Assembly: GCA_965219445.1 (NCBI GenBank)
Contig: CBDCNQ010000003.1
Location: forward strand, 32,001 to 96,000
DNA: 64,000 nucleotides
Reading direction: 5' to 3'
DNA from: Longimicrobiales bacterium
Lineage (GTDB): Bacteria > Gemmatimonadota > Gemmatimonadetes > Longimicrobiales > Gaopeijiaceae
Part shown: positions 8,869 through 18,267 of the stretch, in pieces
How the letters are laid out: the number at the start of each line of letters is the position of its first letter
Numbering within the stretch: position 1 is the first letter of the stretch
Program-made: the position numbers and the translations under genes
The notes under the pieces: generated by a model
The model's database searches: none
Told to the model about the DNA's origin: nothing
Seen by the model: the letters and a program-made list of their open reading frames with translations, nothing else

Positions 8869-9249
8869 AGGACTCCTCCCACGCGAAGCACTGTCTAACG
8901 TCTCTGCGATTCTGCTGCTCGGCTAATATGGTGACCGCAAGCGTAGCGCGCGAGCCTTAGAGCTAAATCTACTCCACCATCACGCCCCGTACGGTCTCGC
9001 TCCAGAACGAAAGTGGCGGCTCCCCTGCCCGATCCGTCTCGACCTCGAACCACTCGTGCTCATACATCATCTCAAGGAACCACTCGTTCGCCCCATGGGC
9101 CGTCGGGATGCCATAGCGAGGAGATAGCCTGAAGGTGACCAGGCAGGAACTAGGGGGACTCAGCCGGAAAAGCACGGAGTAGGCAGTCTCTGAAACCCCG
9201 CGTAATACGGACTCTTCAGGACATACGCGGACGTAGCGGGAAAACTCCA

Positions 9250-9309
9250 ACCGGTCTCGAAAACCGGCGTGCTAACGGACTTGTGGGTTCGAGTCCCACC
9301 GGCTCCGCT
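9250..9309 (+). repeat. 3' fragment of tRNA-Ser(CGA), probable attR
   Basis: Matches 2240-2299; lacks the 5' acceptor strand and D-arm. Confidence 0.85.
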
Positions 9310-9312
9310 CTC

Positions 9313-9346
9313 GGCCCTCCAGGTTCTCGCCTGGGGGGCTTTTTTT
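9313..9346 (+). terminator. Intrinsic terminator, target of the group IIC intron
   Basis: GGCCCTCCAGG...CCTGGGGGGCT plus T-run; the intron starts 4 nt later. Confidence 0.8.
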
Positions 9347-9350
9347 GGTG

Positions 9351-11250
9351 GTGGGCCCGGCATGGGCGATGACTTGGAGGTGAAAGTCCTCCCGGAACCT
9401 GGTCGCAGGGACCGAAGGGAAGCGCAAGGCGTTCGTCGTGAGGCGTACGCTGAACGAAGCGTGAAACGAACCCGTGAGTCGACGAACAGGAACCGGATAC
9501 GAGGCGCTGCGGACCGGGGCGAGCGGACCACTGACCGCGAAGCTCCTGCGACCAAGGGGAAGCGGCGTAGATCCGGCGATTGTGCGGGGAAGGTCATCGT
9601 TCTTACCCGGGGAGGTCTCGCCTGACGCCTGAAAGGGTGACGCCGGCACTGCGCTGTTGGGCCTGCCGGCGGAGCGAGAAGTCAGCAGAGGCCATAGTAG
9701 GCCGACGAAGTGCATGATGCGCTTGGACCCAGCTTTGTCGGACGAAGGGCCGAACGGAGAGGAGAGCGTGACGACCGTGGACCTCGGCAAGGCCATGCGC
9801 CAGGAGTCCAGGCAACTGGAGCTCCCACTGGAGGATAGGGGTGAAGCCCCGAAGGTAGAGGGGAGTGGCGAAGCCGGAACGGTGGCCCATGGAGACGAGC
9901 GCTCAGGAAGCGAGCATCTCCTGATGCAGGAGGTGGTCGGGCGTGCCAACCTCGTAGGAGCGTTGAAACGCGTGCGGCAGAATAAGGGCAGTCCGGGCAT
10001 CGACGGGATGAGCGTGGAGGAGCTGCCAGAGTACTTGCGCAGGCACTGGGGGGAGATCCGACAGCGGTTGCTGGCGGGGACCTACCAACCGAAGCCGGTA
10101 CGAAGGCAGGAGATACCGAAGAGTGGGGGAGGGGTCCGGGAGTTGGGGATTCCGACCGTGCTGGACCGGTTCATCCAACAAGCCATCCTGCAGGTGCTGC
10201 AACCGAGGTTCGACCCGACGTTCAGTCGGCACAGTCACGGCTTCCGGCCTGGGCGCCGAGCGCACGATGCGGTGCGCGAAGCGCAGCAATACATCCAGGA
10301 AGGGAGACGATGGGTGGTGGATGTGGACCTGGAGAAGTTTTTCGACCGGGTGAACCACGACGTGCTGATGGGGCGGCTGGCAAAGCGGATCGAGGATAAG
10401 GCGATGCTGCGGATCCTCCGTCGCTACCTACAGGCCGGAGTCATGGCGAACGGGGTGGTGATGGAGCGGCACATGGGGACGCCTCAGGGCGGACCGTTGT
10501 CGCCGTTGCTGGCGAACGTGCTCCTGGACGAAGTGGACCAGGAGTTGGAGCTACGCGGACACGCGTTTGTCCGGTACGCCGATGACTGCAATGTATACGT
10601 GCGGTCGAGGCGGGCAGGACAACGTGTGATGCAGGCGCTGAGGCACCTGTACGGGAAACTTCGGCTTCAGGTCAACGAGGAAAAGAGCGCGGTGGCGCGA
10701 GTGTGGGATCGACAGTTCCTGGGCTACAGCTTCTGGGTAGCGGCAGGGAAGGTCGTGAAGCGCCGGGTCAGCAAGAAGGCCCTGACGAAGTTCAAAGAGC
10801 GAGTCCGGCAGATTACAAGCCGGAGCGGCGGGCGGAGCCTGCAACAGGTGGCGGAAGAGCTACGGCGCTACGTGCTGGGGTGGAAGGCATACTTCGGCTT
10901 AGCGGACACACCGGGGGTTTTCCGAGACCTGGACCAATGGATCCACCGCCGGCTGCGTACATTGCAATTACGCCAGTGGAAACGAGGAAGGACAGCGTAC
11001 CGGGAGTTGAGGGCTCGCGGTGTGAGCGAGAACCTCGCCTGGCGAGCTGCTCGGTTCGCGCGAAGCTGGTGGCACGTGGCTGCGCACCACGCCCTGCACA
11101 CGGCCTTGCCGGGGGCGTACTTCGACGAGCTGGGTGTGCCCCGGCTCACGCCGTACTGACCTCAACTCACCGAACCGCCAGGTGCGGACCCGCATGCCTG
11201 GTGGTGTGGGAGGGGAAGGACCGGGATCGCCGGTCCTCCCCTATCCCGAT
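9351..11250 (+). mobile_element. Group II intron, class IIC
   Basis: 5' GTGGGCCCGGCATGGGCG; short domain V GAACCGCC...GCATGC...GTGGTGTGGGAGGG with CGC triad; domain VI ending CTATCCCGAT; inserted after a terminator. Confidence 0.9.
9768..11159 (+). CDS. ltrA: Group II intron reverse transcriptase/maturase without endonuclease domain
   Basis: NKGSPGIDG, LGIPTVLDR, GTPQGGPLSPLLAN, RYADD, maturase X domain; start codon uncertain (9768 or 9795). Confidence 0.93.
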   Translation: MTTVDLGKAMRQESRQLELPLEDRGEAPKVEGSGEAGTVAHGDERSGSEHLLMQEVVGRANLVGALKRVRQNKGSPGIDGMSVEELPEYLRRHWGEIRQRLLAGTYQPKPVRRQEIPKSGGGVRELGIPTVLDRFIQQAILQVLQPRFDPTFSRHSHGFRPGRRAHDAVREAQQYIQEGRRWVVDVDLEKFFDRVNHDVLMGRLAKRIEDKAMLRILRRYLQAGVMANGVVMERHMGTPQGGPLSPLLANVLLDEVDQELELRGHAFVRYADDCNVYVRSRRAGQRVMQALRHLYGKLRLQVNEEKSAVARVWDRQFLGYSFWVAAGKVVKRRVSKKALTKFKERVRQITSRSGGRSLQQVAEELRRYVLGWKAYFGLADTPGVFRDLDQWIHRRLRTLQLRQWKRGRTAYRELRARGVSENLAWRAARFARSWWHVAAHHALHTALPGAYFDELGVPRLTPY

Positions 11251-11269
11251 GCGGTACGGTAGTCGGAGC

Positions 11270-13423
11270 CTACGGTAGCGTCAGCGCCACCAGCCGCCCC
11301 GGCTGGCCCCGTCTCGCGCTGCCCGACTGCACCACGATGTATTGCTTTCCTTCGTGCATATAGCTCATCATCCCGTACTGGCCGGGGCTCGGGAGCTCGA
11401 CCCTCGCCAGGACCTCACCCGTCCGCTTGTCGCGGGCATTCAGGACCGGCATGCCGTTCTCGTTCACTTCGGTAGTGCCCCGCAGGTCCTCCGTGGTTTG
11501 CAGGAGGAGGTCGCCCATGACCAACTGGATGGAGTTGCCGGTTCCTCCCGTTCTGGGAGTCTCCACTCCCGCCAGTGCCGGGTGGTCCCTGATGCGCTCG
11601 GGAGTCTCACCGATCGGAATGTCCCAGAGCTTTTCGCCTGTGTTCATGTCGTAGGCAGCGAGGGCTTGGTACAGCGGCTTGAAGACCGGCAGGCCCTCGA
11701 CCAGCGGCAGAGCCACGCGGGGGCCGCCGGGCGCAAACCGCGCCACCGTAGTACCTGTGGTCGGCGTATGCCGCTCCCGCCCCCTCCATGACTCCTCACT
11801 CTGTCCGGCCAATCCCCTCATTTCGTCCACACCGTTCGTGGGGGTCATGAACGAGGGAGCGCTGCAGCCGCGGTTGTGGGAGGCGTACATCATTCCCGTG
11901 GTGGGATCCGCGACGGGCGGATGGTAGGTGTTCAACCCGCCCGAGCAGCCGACATTGTTGAGGTAGTCCTCGTTGTGGGGGTAGGGGAGCGACGGTACGT
12001 AGAGGCCCCCGAGCCGGAACTGACTGAGGATAATCTGCGCCTGCGCGTTCAGATCCGGTGTGTAATCGATGACGAACTCGTCGGTGATCCCGTCCGTGAC
12101 GATGCGGTCCAGTGGTTCCGGCCGGGTCGGATAGGGCTGCGTGGCCGCTGTGTAGTTGCCGGGGACCTCGGTCTGGATGACCGGGCGCTCCACGATGGGC
12201 CAAATCGGCTCGCCGGTCTCCCGGTTGAACGCGAAGACGAGACCCTGCTTCGTGTTCTGGATCACCGCTGGAATCTCCAATCCGTCCACCGTGAGATCCA
12301 TCAGAATGGGCGCAGTCGGAATATCGTAGTTCCACTGGTCACTATGGTGGATCTGGAAGTGCCATCTCCGCTCGCCCGTCTGGACGTCCAACGCGAGGAG
12401 GCTGCCGCCGAACAGGTTGTGCCCCGGGCGATGGCCCGTATACGACTGGACGGTCGAGGCATTCGTCACGAGGTACACGAGCCCCAGCTCAGGATCGGCG
12501 GACGCGGGAGCCCACGACGACAGGTCGCCCGACCAGCGCCAGGCGTCGTTCTCCCACGTCTCGTGGCCGACCTCGCCGGGCCGCGGGATGACGTGGAACT
12601 TCCAGAGGTGCTCTCCGGTTCTGGCGTCGTAGCCCATGATGTCGCCCGGGACGTTCTCGATCCGGGTCTGGTCGTAGCTGGGCTCGTGGCCCACGAGCAC
12701 CACGACCACGCCGTTCACCACGATCGGCGGCGACGAGCTGGTGACCATGCCCAACTGCTGTGGGATCCCATGCTCCGGGTCGTACGGCCCGGTCGTCCTG
12801 TTCAGCCAGGGCTCCCAGTCTGCCACGAGGTCCGGGATCAGATCGACGCCGCCGGTCAGGGGAAAATCGTCCACAGGTATGGGGGTGCCCCAATCCTCCA
12901 GAGGCAGCCCAGTCTTGGCGTCCAGAGCCCAGAGGAAGTAGGCGGGCGAGGTGGTATAGATCACACCCCGTCCGTCGACCTCCGCGTAAGCGACGCCCTT
13001 CCCGAAATCCGTCCTCGGCGAGCGTAGGTACCTCATCGTCTCGGGCTCCCTGAACACCCAGAGTGTTTCGCCCGACGCGGCGTCGATGGCCACCACCTGC
13101 CGCCGCTGACCCATGACCGTGTACAACACGCCGTCCACGAAGACCGGTGTGGACCGGACCGTGTACTCGGGGTTCGCCCCGAAGTTGTCCCCCCGGAAGA
13201 TCCAGGCTACCTGCAGATCGGAGAAGTTGGACGCGTTGATCTGCCTGAGCTGCGGAGCGGAGCGGGTGTGCCCGGCGTCGCCTCCCAAGTAATGCCACTC
13301 CCCGTTCTCGACGCCCGTCATCTGCGCGGAACCCGCTGACGCGCCACTCAGGAAGGCCGCGAGCACGAGCACGGCGCAAACGTGGTGTTGTTTTGAGACA
13401 CTCCTTCGACCGGACTCTGCCAT
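11270..13423 (-). CDS. PQQ-dependent (glucose/quinate-like) dehydrogenase
   Basis: Signal peptide, QINASNFSDLQVAW, Trp-docking repeats, QWNYDIPTAP, GKQYIVV. Confidence 0.85.
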   Translation of the reverse strand: MAESGRRSVSKQHHVCAVLVLAAFLSGASAGSAQMTGVENGEWHYLGGDAGHTRSAPQLRQINASNFSDLQVAWIFRGDNFGANPEYTVRSTPVFVDGVLYTVMGQRRQVVAIDAASGETLWVFREPETMRYLRSPRTDFGKGVAYAEVDGRGVIYTTSPAYFLWALDAKTGLPLEDWGTPIPVDDFPLTGGVDLIPDLVADWEPWLNRTTGPYDPEHGIPQQLGMVTSSSPPIVVNGVVVVLVGHEPSYDQTRIENVPGDIMGYDARTGEHLWKFHVIPRPGEVGHETWENDAWRWSGDLSSWAPASADPELGLVYLVTNASTVQSYTGHRPGHNLFGGSLLALDVQTGERRWHFQIHHSDQWNYDIPTAPILMDLTVDGLEIPAVIQNTKQGLVFAFNRETGEPIWPIVERPVIQTEVPGNYTAATQPYPTRPEPLDRIVTDGITDEFVIDYTPDLNAQAQIILSQFRLGGLYVPSLPYPHNEDYLNNVGCSGGLNTYHPPVADPTTGMMYASHNRGCSAPSFMTPTNGVDEMRGLAGQSEESWRGRERHTPTTGTTVARFAPGGPRVALPLVEGLPVFKPLYQALAAYDMNTGEKLWDIPIGETPERIRDHPALAGVETPRTGGTGNSIQLVMGDLLLQTTEDLRGTTEVNENGMPVLNARDKRTGEVLARVELPSPGQYGMMSYMHEGKQYIVVQSGSARRGQPGRLVALTLP

Positions 13424-13680
13424 GGGGCCCTCCTGAGACTGACAACGGACAACTTATGAACGTACGAACGACCTAGTGCGAACGTATTTCGGGAGTTGGA
13501 GTGGCGCAACGAGAGCCTACAGCGCCGGGCCAGCCAACCGGATGACCCTTCTCGACGCCGTCACTGAATCTGGATTGCGGTGGCGGGGGAACGAACGCCC
13601 CAATACGTTGAGGACTGTCGGGGTCGACGTCCGGGTAAGGCGCGGACTCCCACAGTGATTCTTTTTGAAGGAGGTTGGCA

Positions 13681-14241
13681 GTGTTCACTCTGTCCCGTCG
13701 TACGGTAGCCTATCTGCTGTTGTGGATCTTGGTGATCCCACTTTCCCTCGTTTTCGCCCGGTTGTCTGACGCGCAACCAACCGACCTGGCCGTCGCTGCA
13801 GCGCAGCAGGAGCTTGCCTGCCCAGGGGACCGCATGCCGACCCCTTTCACGGGGACGACTGAATCGGGGGTTCCCTCGCCGGAAGCAGTCGTCAGGGGCG
13901 AGCCCCTGACTGGACGTTGGTGGGACCCGGGCTCCCGCTCGTACTGGCACTGTCACGGCGGCGGCCAATACATGGTCGTGATGGAAGGAACAGGGCGCGC
14001 TCAGAAGCGTGGAGAAAGAATGCGGGATCTCCATGTCGGTGACATCGAATTCGCGCGTCCAGGGATGGAGCACTGGCATGGTGCCTCGTCTTCAGAAGGG
14101 GCTCGATTCATCCACCAGGGCCTGAGGATCGACGGGGGAAGCGGCACATTCTGGTTGGAGGAGGTCAGCTCGGACGATTATACGGGAAACGCAGTCGGGA
14201 TTATGTCCCGAATGAGATTTCTGGAAACTGGAGAACGCTAG
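13681..14241 (+). CDS. Secreted cupin-domain protein
   Basis: SYWHCHGGGQ and EHWHGA cupin motifs; paralog at 29006. Confidence 0.8.
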   Translation: MFTLSRRTVAYLLLWILVIPLSLVFARLSDAQPTDLAVAAAQQELACPGDRMPTPFTGTTESGVPSPEAVVRGEPLTGRWWDPGSRSYWHCHGGGQYMVVMEGTGRAQKRGERMRDLHVGDIEFARPGMEHWHGASSSEGARFIHQGLRIDGGSGTFWLEEVSSDDYTGNAVGIMSRMRFLETGER

Positions 14242-14270
14242 GCTGGAGAACGCTGGAATAGAGGTGAGTC

Positions 14271-15341
14271 ATGGCCGCGCTTGATCGACGAAACTTCTTG
14301 ACCAGAGCTCTCGCTTCGCTCGGACTCGGGGCTACTGCGGTCGGCGACCGCGTGGCACTTCTCGCTCAAACAGATGCTCCCCAGGCACGCTACCGCATCG
14401 ACGTCCATCATCATTTCGGGCCGCCGACTTGGGTAGCTGCAATGATCGAGGGGGGCCAGCTGAGGTCACCGCAGAACCGCTCGGGGCTGATGAACCCGGC
14501 GAATACGACCTGGACGCCTGAGAAAACGCTCGAGGACCTGGATCGGGGCGACGGCGCCGCGGCGATGATTTCCATTACCAATCCGGGTCTCTACATCGGC
14601 GATATCGCGCAGACGATCCGCCTCGCCCGAGAGTGCAACGACTTCGCCGCGGGCGTCATACAGGCTCACCCCACTCGATTTGGGCTGTTCGCCGCAATGC
14701 CGCTCCCGGACGTCGATGCCACGTTGAGGGAAATCGAGTATGCCTACGACCAGATCAACGCCGACGGCATCGGGTTTATGACGAGCTTTGGCGACACATG
14801 GCTCGGTGACCTGGCCTACAGACCGGTGATGGAGGAGCTCAATCGGCGTAGTGCCGTCGTCTTTGTCCACCCGACCGCGGCGAACTGCTGTCGGGGTCTC
14901 AACTATGCGGTGGGCGTCGGCCCGGGAAGCATGGAATACGGAACAGACACGACCCGGGCCATCACCGGAGTCGTCGTCAACGGCTATGCCAATAGCTTCC
15001 CCGATATTCGCTGGATTTGGTCGCACGGTGGCGGTTCAATGCCGTTTTTGGCCGAGCGCATCGGTGGTTCGCGTCGGAACGAACGGATGCCGAATGGCTT
15101 CGTGGATGAGCTGAAGAAGATGTACTACGACCTGGCGGGGGCCACGAACCGGGGCGTGGTTGCCTCACTGCTGGAGCTTGTGCAGGCGGACCACATCATG
15201 TTCGGGACCGATTTTCCGCCCGGGGGAACCATGGCGGAGTATGCCCAGCGCCTCCGCGGCCTCAACATGTTCAGCGAGGCCGAGCTGCGGCTGATCGAGC
15301 GCGAGAACGCGGTGGCGCTTCTGCCGCGGATGGCGACTTAG
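14271..15341 (+). CDS. Tat-exported amidohydrolase family 2 (ACMSD/6-methylsalicylate decarboxylase-like)
   Basis: DRRNFL Tat motif, IDVHHH, FVHP, SHGGG, FGTDFP. Confidence 0.88.
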   Translation: MAALDRRNFLTRALASLGLGATAVGDRVALLAQTDAPQARYRIDVHHHFGPPTWVAAMIEGGQLRSPQNRSGLMNPANTTWTPEKTLEDLDRGDGAAAMISITNPGLYIGDIAQTIRLARECNDFAAGVIQAHPTRFGLFAAMPLPDVDATLREIEYAYDQINADGIGFMTSFGDTWLGDLAYRPVMEELNRRSAVVFVHPTAANCCRGLNYAVGVGPGSMEYGTDTTRAITGVVVNGYANSFPDIRWIWSHGGGSMPFLAERIGGSRRNERMPNGFVDELKKMYYDLAGATNRGVVASLLELVQADHIMFGTDFPPGGTMAEYAQRLRGLNMFSEAELRLIERENAVALLPRMAT

Positions 15342-15424
15342 CTTCAGGCAACGCGACCAAAATGAGGGCCGGGTTGGCGCCGCGTAGCCTGGCCACACGG
15401 CGCTAACCACTCACCTGCGGCTAC

Positions 15425-15556
15425 TTACTCGCCACCGTCGGTAGCGCGTCGGGCAGTGCCGCCGGGCAAATAGGTGGCCTTGATCATCTCGCGGTCCTTT
15501 CTATGCCCGTGAAGATAGACGTCGGCTATGTTCCGCGTGTTGGTGATGTCGTCCAG
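15425..15556 (-). pseudogene. C-terminal fragment of an amidohydrolase
   Basis: Translates to LDDITNTRNIADVYLHG..., a typical amidohydrolase C-terminus; the rest of the gene is absent. Confidence 0.6.
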
Positions 15557-15624
15557 TGAACGTCAGCCCCGCTGTTCACGAGCCTTGCCGCTCACAGCGC
15601 AGGTTGGCATCGTGGTAGGAGTAG

Positions 15625-16215
15625 ATGGTCATTCGAAATCGGAGAGCTTCGGGTCCAATGCAGGCCGATTCCAAGAGAAAGAATCCTGCTGTGGCGGGCG
15701 TCTTAGGGCTCGTTGGCGGCCCAATTGGCTTTCTGTACGTCGGGTGGCGTTACGCTCTGGCCGCGACCGTAGTCTTCCTGGGCTTCATCCTGTTCTTCTC
15801 GGCTCTGCTACTTGTCCCGTCCTGGTTCAAGTATGTCAATCTGCCGGTCTTCGCGTTCATGGCCTACAGGATTTGCCAGAAACTCAATGGCCTCGCTGGC
15901 CAGGGACAACACAGGGGAGCTTCTGCGTCTAACACGTTGCCAGTCGCGGTCTTCGCCATGACGAGCATGCTTCCTATGATTGCGGGGTTCGACGCGGCGG
16001 TTTTTGGGATCGCCACCGCGATCCCTCAGATCATGCGTGGTGACCTTGGCGGCGGCCTGTTTATGCTGTTGCTCGTGACCCCGCTCTCTGTCGTGCTGAA
16101 CTTCGTCTTCTTTGTAGTGATTGCCACAGGAATTGATCGGGTGGTCACCAGGTTGGTACCTGCAGCACCGACGTACATTTTTCCACCAGCAATAGCCGTT
16201 GGGGAGAAGACGTAG
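15625..16215 (+). CDS. Hypothetical membrane protein
   Basis: Several hydrophobic segments; KNPAVAGVL start resembles TM2-like proteins. Confidence 0.65.
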   Translation: MVIRNRRASGPMQADSKRKNPAVAGVLGLVGGPIGFLYVGWRYALAATVVFLGFILFFSALLLVPSWFKYVNLPVFAFMAYRICQKLNGLAGQGQHRGASASNTLPVAVFAMTSMLPMIAGFDAAVFGIATAIPQIMRGDLGGGLFMLLLVTPLSVVLNFVFFVVIATGIDRVVTRLVPAAPTYIFPPAIAVGEKT

Positions 16216-16254
16216 GCCACCCCGAAGACGTAGGCCCTCCCTCAGTCGAGCCCC

Positions 16255-17358
16255 TCAGTGGCCCCCCCCGATCTCGGGCGGCCTAAAGGGTGTGTACTTC
16301 ACCAGACGTCGCCGGCTTACCTCACCCGCGTAGATGTTGCCGTCGAAATCCACGCCGAGGAACTCGACTCCCGCGCCAACGTCATCCTCATGGTGAGGAA
16401 TGAAGTGTGTCACCCAAGCCTGTTCGGTCTTCAGATCACCGATCCGGATGCCCTTCTCCCACCCCAGGTTGCTGCGCCACGGGTCTGGAGCCCCCGTACG
16501 GAAGCCACCCGACAGGCCATCGCCTGCGAAGAGGATATCATTGCGGTCGATGAATAGCCCGCTCGGCTTACCGTAGTGCGTCCAGATGTAGAGGAGCGTG
16601 CCCTGCTGGTCGAAAACCTGGATCCGGCTGTTGCCACGATCCGCGACCAAGACACGACCTTGGGAATCCATCTTGATGTCGTGCGGATCACTGAAGCGCG
16701 CGGCCTCCTTGCTCTCCGAACCGACACCGCCCCCGACTTCCAGGAGGAAAGTCCCGTCTCTCGAGAACTTCACGATGCGGTTGTTGCCGCCTCGATGCCC
16801 ATCTGACACCCAGACGTCCCCGTTGGGAGCGATCGCCACGCCGGAGGGTCCATTGAAGTGGTTGGGGCCGTCCCCCCAGATCCCGGCCTCGCCCAGCCTC
16901 ATCACGACCTCGCCCTGCTGGTTGAGCTTGAGCACCTGGTGACCCAAGCCCATGCTTTCACCCAACGTCGCTCGATTGTCCCCATGCGATCCTCCCTCGG
17001 TCACCCACAGGAAGCCCTCGCGATCCAGGGAAAAGCCGTGAGGAAACGCGAAGAGCCCTGCTCCGAAGCTGTCCACGAGATTCCCATCGAGGTCGAACTT
17101 CATGATCGGATCCAGGTCGGTGCCGGCGCATTCGTTCGCCCCACAGCGGTCCAGGATCCACAAGTGCTGTCCGTCTGGATCGGGGAAGACACCGCTCACC
17201 GTTCCCATCACTCTTCCTTCGGGGAGCTTCTCCCATCCGAAGCTGGCCCGATATGGGTTGGTGGTGGAGGATTGGGCGTTCAATTCTCCACCCAACACTA
17301 CGGATGACAGGGCAAAGCCGATAACGAGGGTCGAGCCAACTCGGCGGGCGCGCAGCAT
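16255..17358 (-). CDS. NHL-repeat PAL-like beta-propeller protein
   Basis: FPHG, PHDI, VADRGNSRIQVFD repeats; signal peptide. Confidence 0.85.
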   Translation of the reverse strand: MLRARRVGSTLVIGFALSSVVLGGELNAQSSTTNPYRASFGWEKLPEGRVMGTVSGVFPDPDGQHLWILDRCGANECAGTDLDPIMKFDLDGNLVDSFGAGLFAFPHGFSLDREGFLWVTEGGSHGDNRATLGESMGLGHQVLKLNQQGEVVMRLGEAGIWGDGPNHFNGPSGVAIAPNGDVWVSDGHRGGNNRIVKFSRDGTFLLEVGGGVGSESKEAARFSDPHDIKMDSQGRVLVADRGNSRIQVFDQQGTLLYIWTHYGKPSGLFIDRNDILFAGDGLSGGFRTGAPDPWRSNLGWEKGIRIGDLKTEQAWVTHFIPHHEDDVGAGVEFLGVDFDGNIYAGEVSRRRLVKYTPFRPPEIGGGH

Positions 17359-17528
17359 CTGGACCTCCTTGGAAAACTGTTTCCCTGTTCAACCACCCCG
17401 GACGACACCTGATGCATAGGCTATGAGGCGTCAGCTGCCTGGGCAAGAAGTCCCGTAGTAGATCTCCCATTCCGTCATGGTCACCCAGCGTGGAAGGCCC
17501 GACTTTAGGTTGAATCTAGGGGAAGAGT

Positions 17529-17556
17529 TGCTTACTCTTACCGGTAAGAGTAAGCA
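17529..17556. promoter_or_regulatory. Palindromic operator upstream of vapBC
   Basis: Perfect 28 bp palindrome TGCTTACTCTTACCGGTAAGAGTAAGCA, 18 bp before the antitoxin start. Confidence 0.75.
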
Positions 17557-17574
17557 CACAAGCCCGGGAGATCG

Positions 17575-17805
17575 ATGAAGATCACAACCAAGGGCCAAGT
17601 CACGATACCGCAGGAAATTCGCGAACGGCTCGGTCTGCTTCCGCACACCGAAGTCGATTTTGAGGTACGCGATGACGTGGTCGTGCTGAAGAAGGTGGAG
17701 GCCCGCCGTCGAGGCCGCAGGATCGTTGAGCACCTCCGGGGCCGAGGCGAGGTACGGATGAGTACCGATGAGATCCTCGCGCTCACTCGAGACGAGGAGC
17801 AGTGA
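17575..17805 (+). CDS. vapB: AbrB/MazE-type antitoxin
   Basis: MKITTKGQVTIPQEIRERLGL; overlaps the toxin start (GTGA). Confidence 0.88.
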   Translation: MKITTKGQVTIPQEIRERLGLLPHTEVDFEVRDDVVVLKKVEARRRGRRIVEHLRGRGEVRMSTDEILALTRDEEQ

Positions 17806-18218
17806 GCGACACCCTCGTAGACAGCAACGTTCTTCTCGACGTCCTGACGGAAGATCCGACGTGGTACGAGTGGTCATCCGAAGCCATCGAGTCTCGAGCG
17901 GAGCGCTCCGTGCTCGTGATCGACCCGCTCATATACGCGGAGGTTTCCATCCGGTTCGAGCGGATCGAGGAACTCGAAGAAGCACTGTCGCCGGCCATGT
18001 TCCGTAGGGACACTTTGCCCTGGGAGGCTGCGTTCCTGGCGGGCAAGTGCTTCGTACGGTACCGCAGGCGCGGCGGCGTGAAACACTCTCCGCTGCCGGA
18101 CTTCTACATCGGAGCGCACGCGGCGGTGGCGGGGATGACGCTACTCACGAGAGACGAATCCCGATATCGCACGTATTTCCCATCACTGGATATTTTCGCG
18201 CCGCTCCGAAGCTCGTAG
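17802..18218 (+). CDS. vapC: PIN-domain toxin
   Basis: LVDSNVLLD, PDFYIGAHA, LLTRD. Confidence 0.9.
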   Translation: MSDTLVDSNVLLDVLTEDPTWYEWSSEAIESRAERSVLVIDPLIYAEVSIRFERIEELEEALSPAMFRRDTLPWEAAFLAGKCFVRYRRRGGVKHSPLPDFYIGAHAAVAGMTLLTRDESRYRTYFPSLDIFAPLRSS

Positions 18219-18267
18219 TCGCCTGCTTTTCGGTGCCGTGAAGGCATAGCCAACACAAACGCGGCTG

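Larger units (their letters stand above)
2240..9309. mobile_element. Putative tRNA-Ser-integrated genomic island, no integrase visible
   Basis: 60 bp direct repeat of the tRNA 3' part (2240-2299 vs 9250-9309, 1 mismatch), each copy followed by a related terminator. Confidence 0.7.

Noticed and set aside
9768..11159. RT as part of a retron, DGR or defence system
   Set aside because: The maturase domain and the flanking intron 5' end, domain V and domain VI identify an ordinary group IIC intron; no template/variable repeat pair was seen
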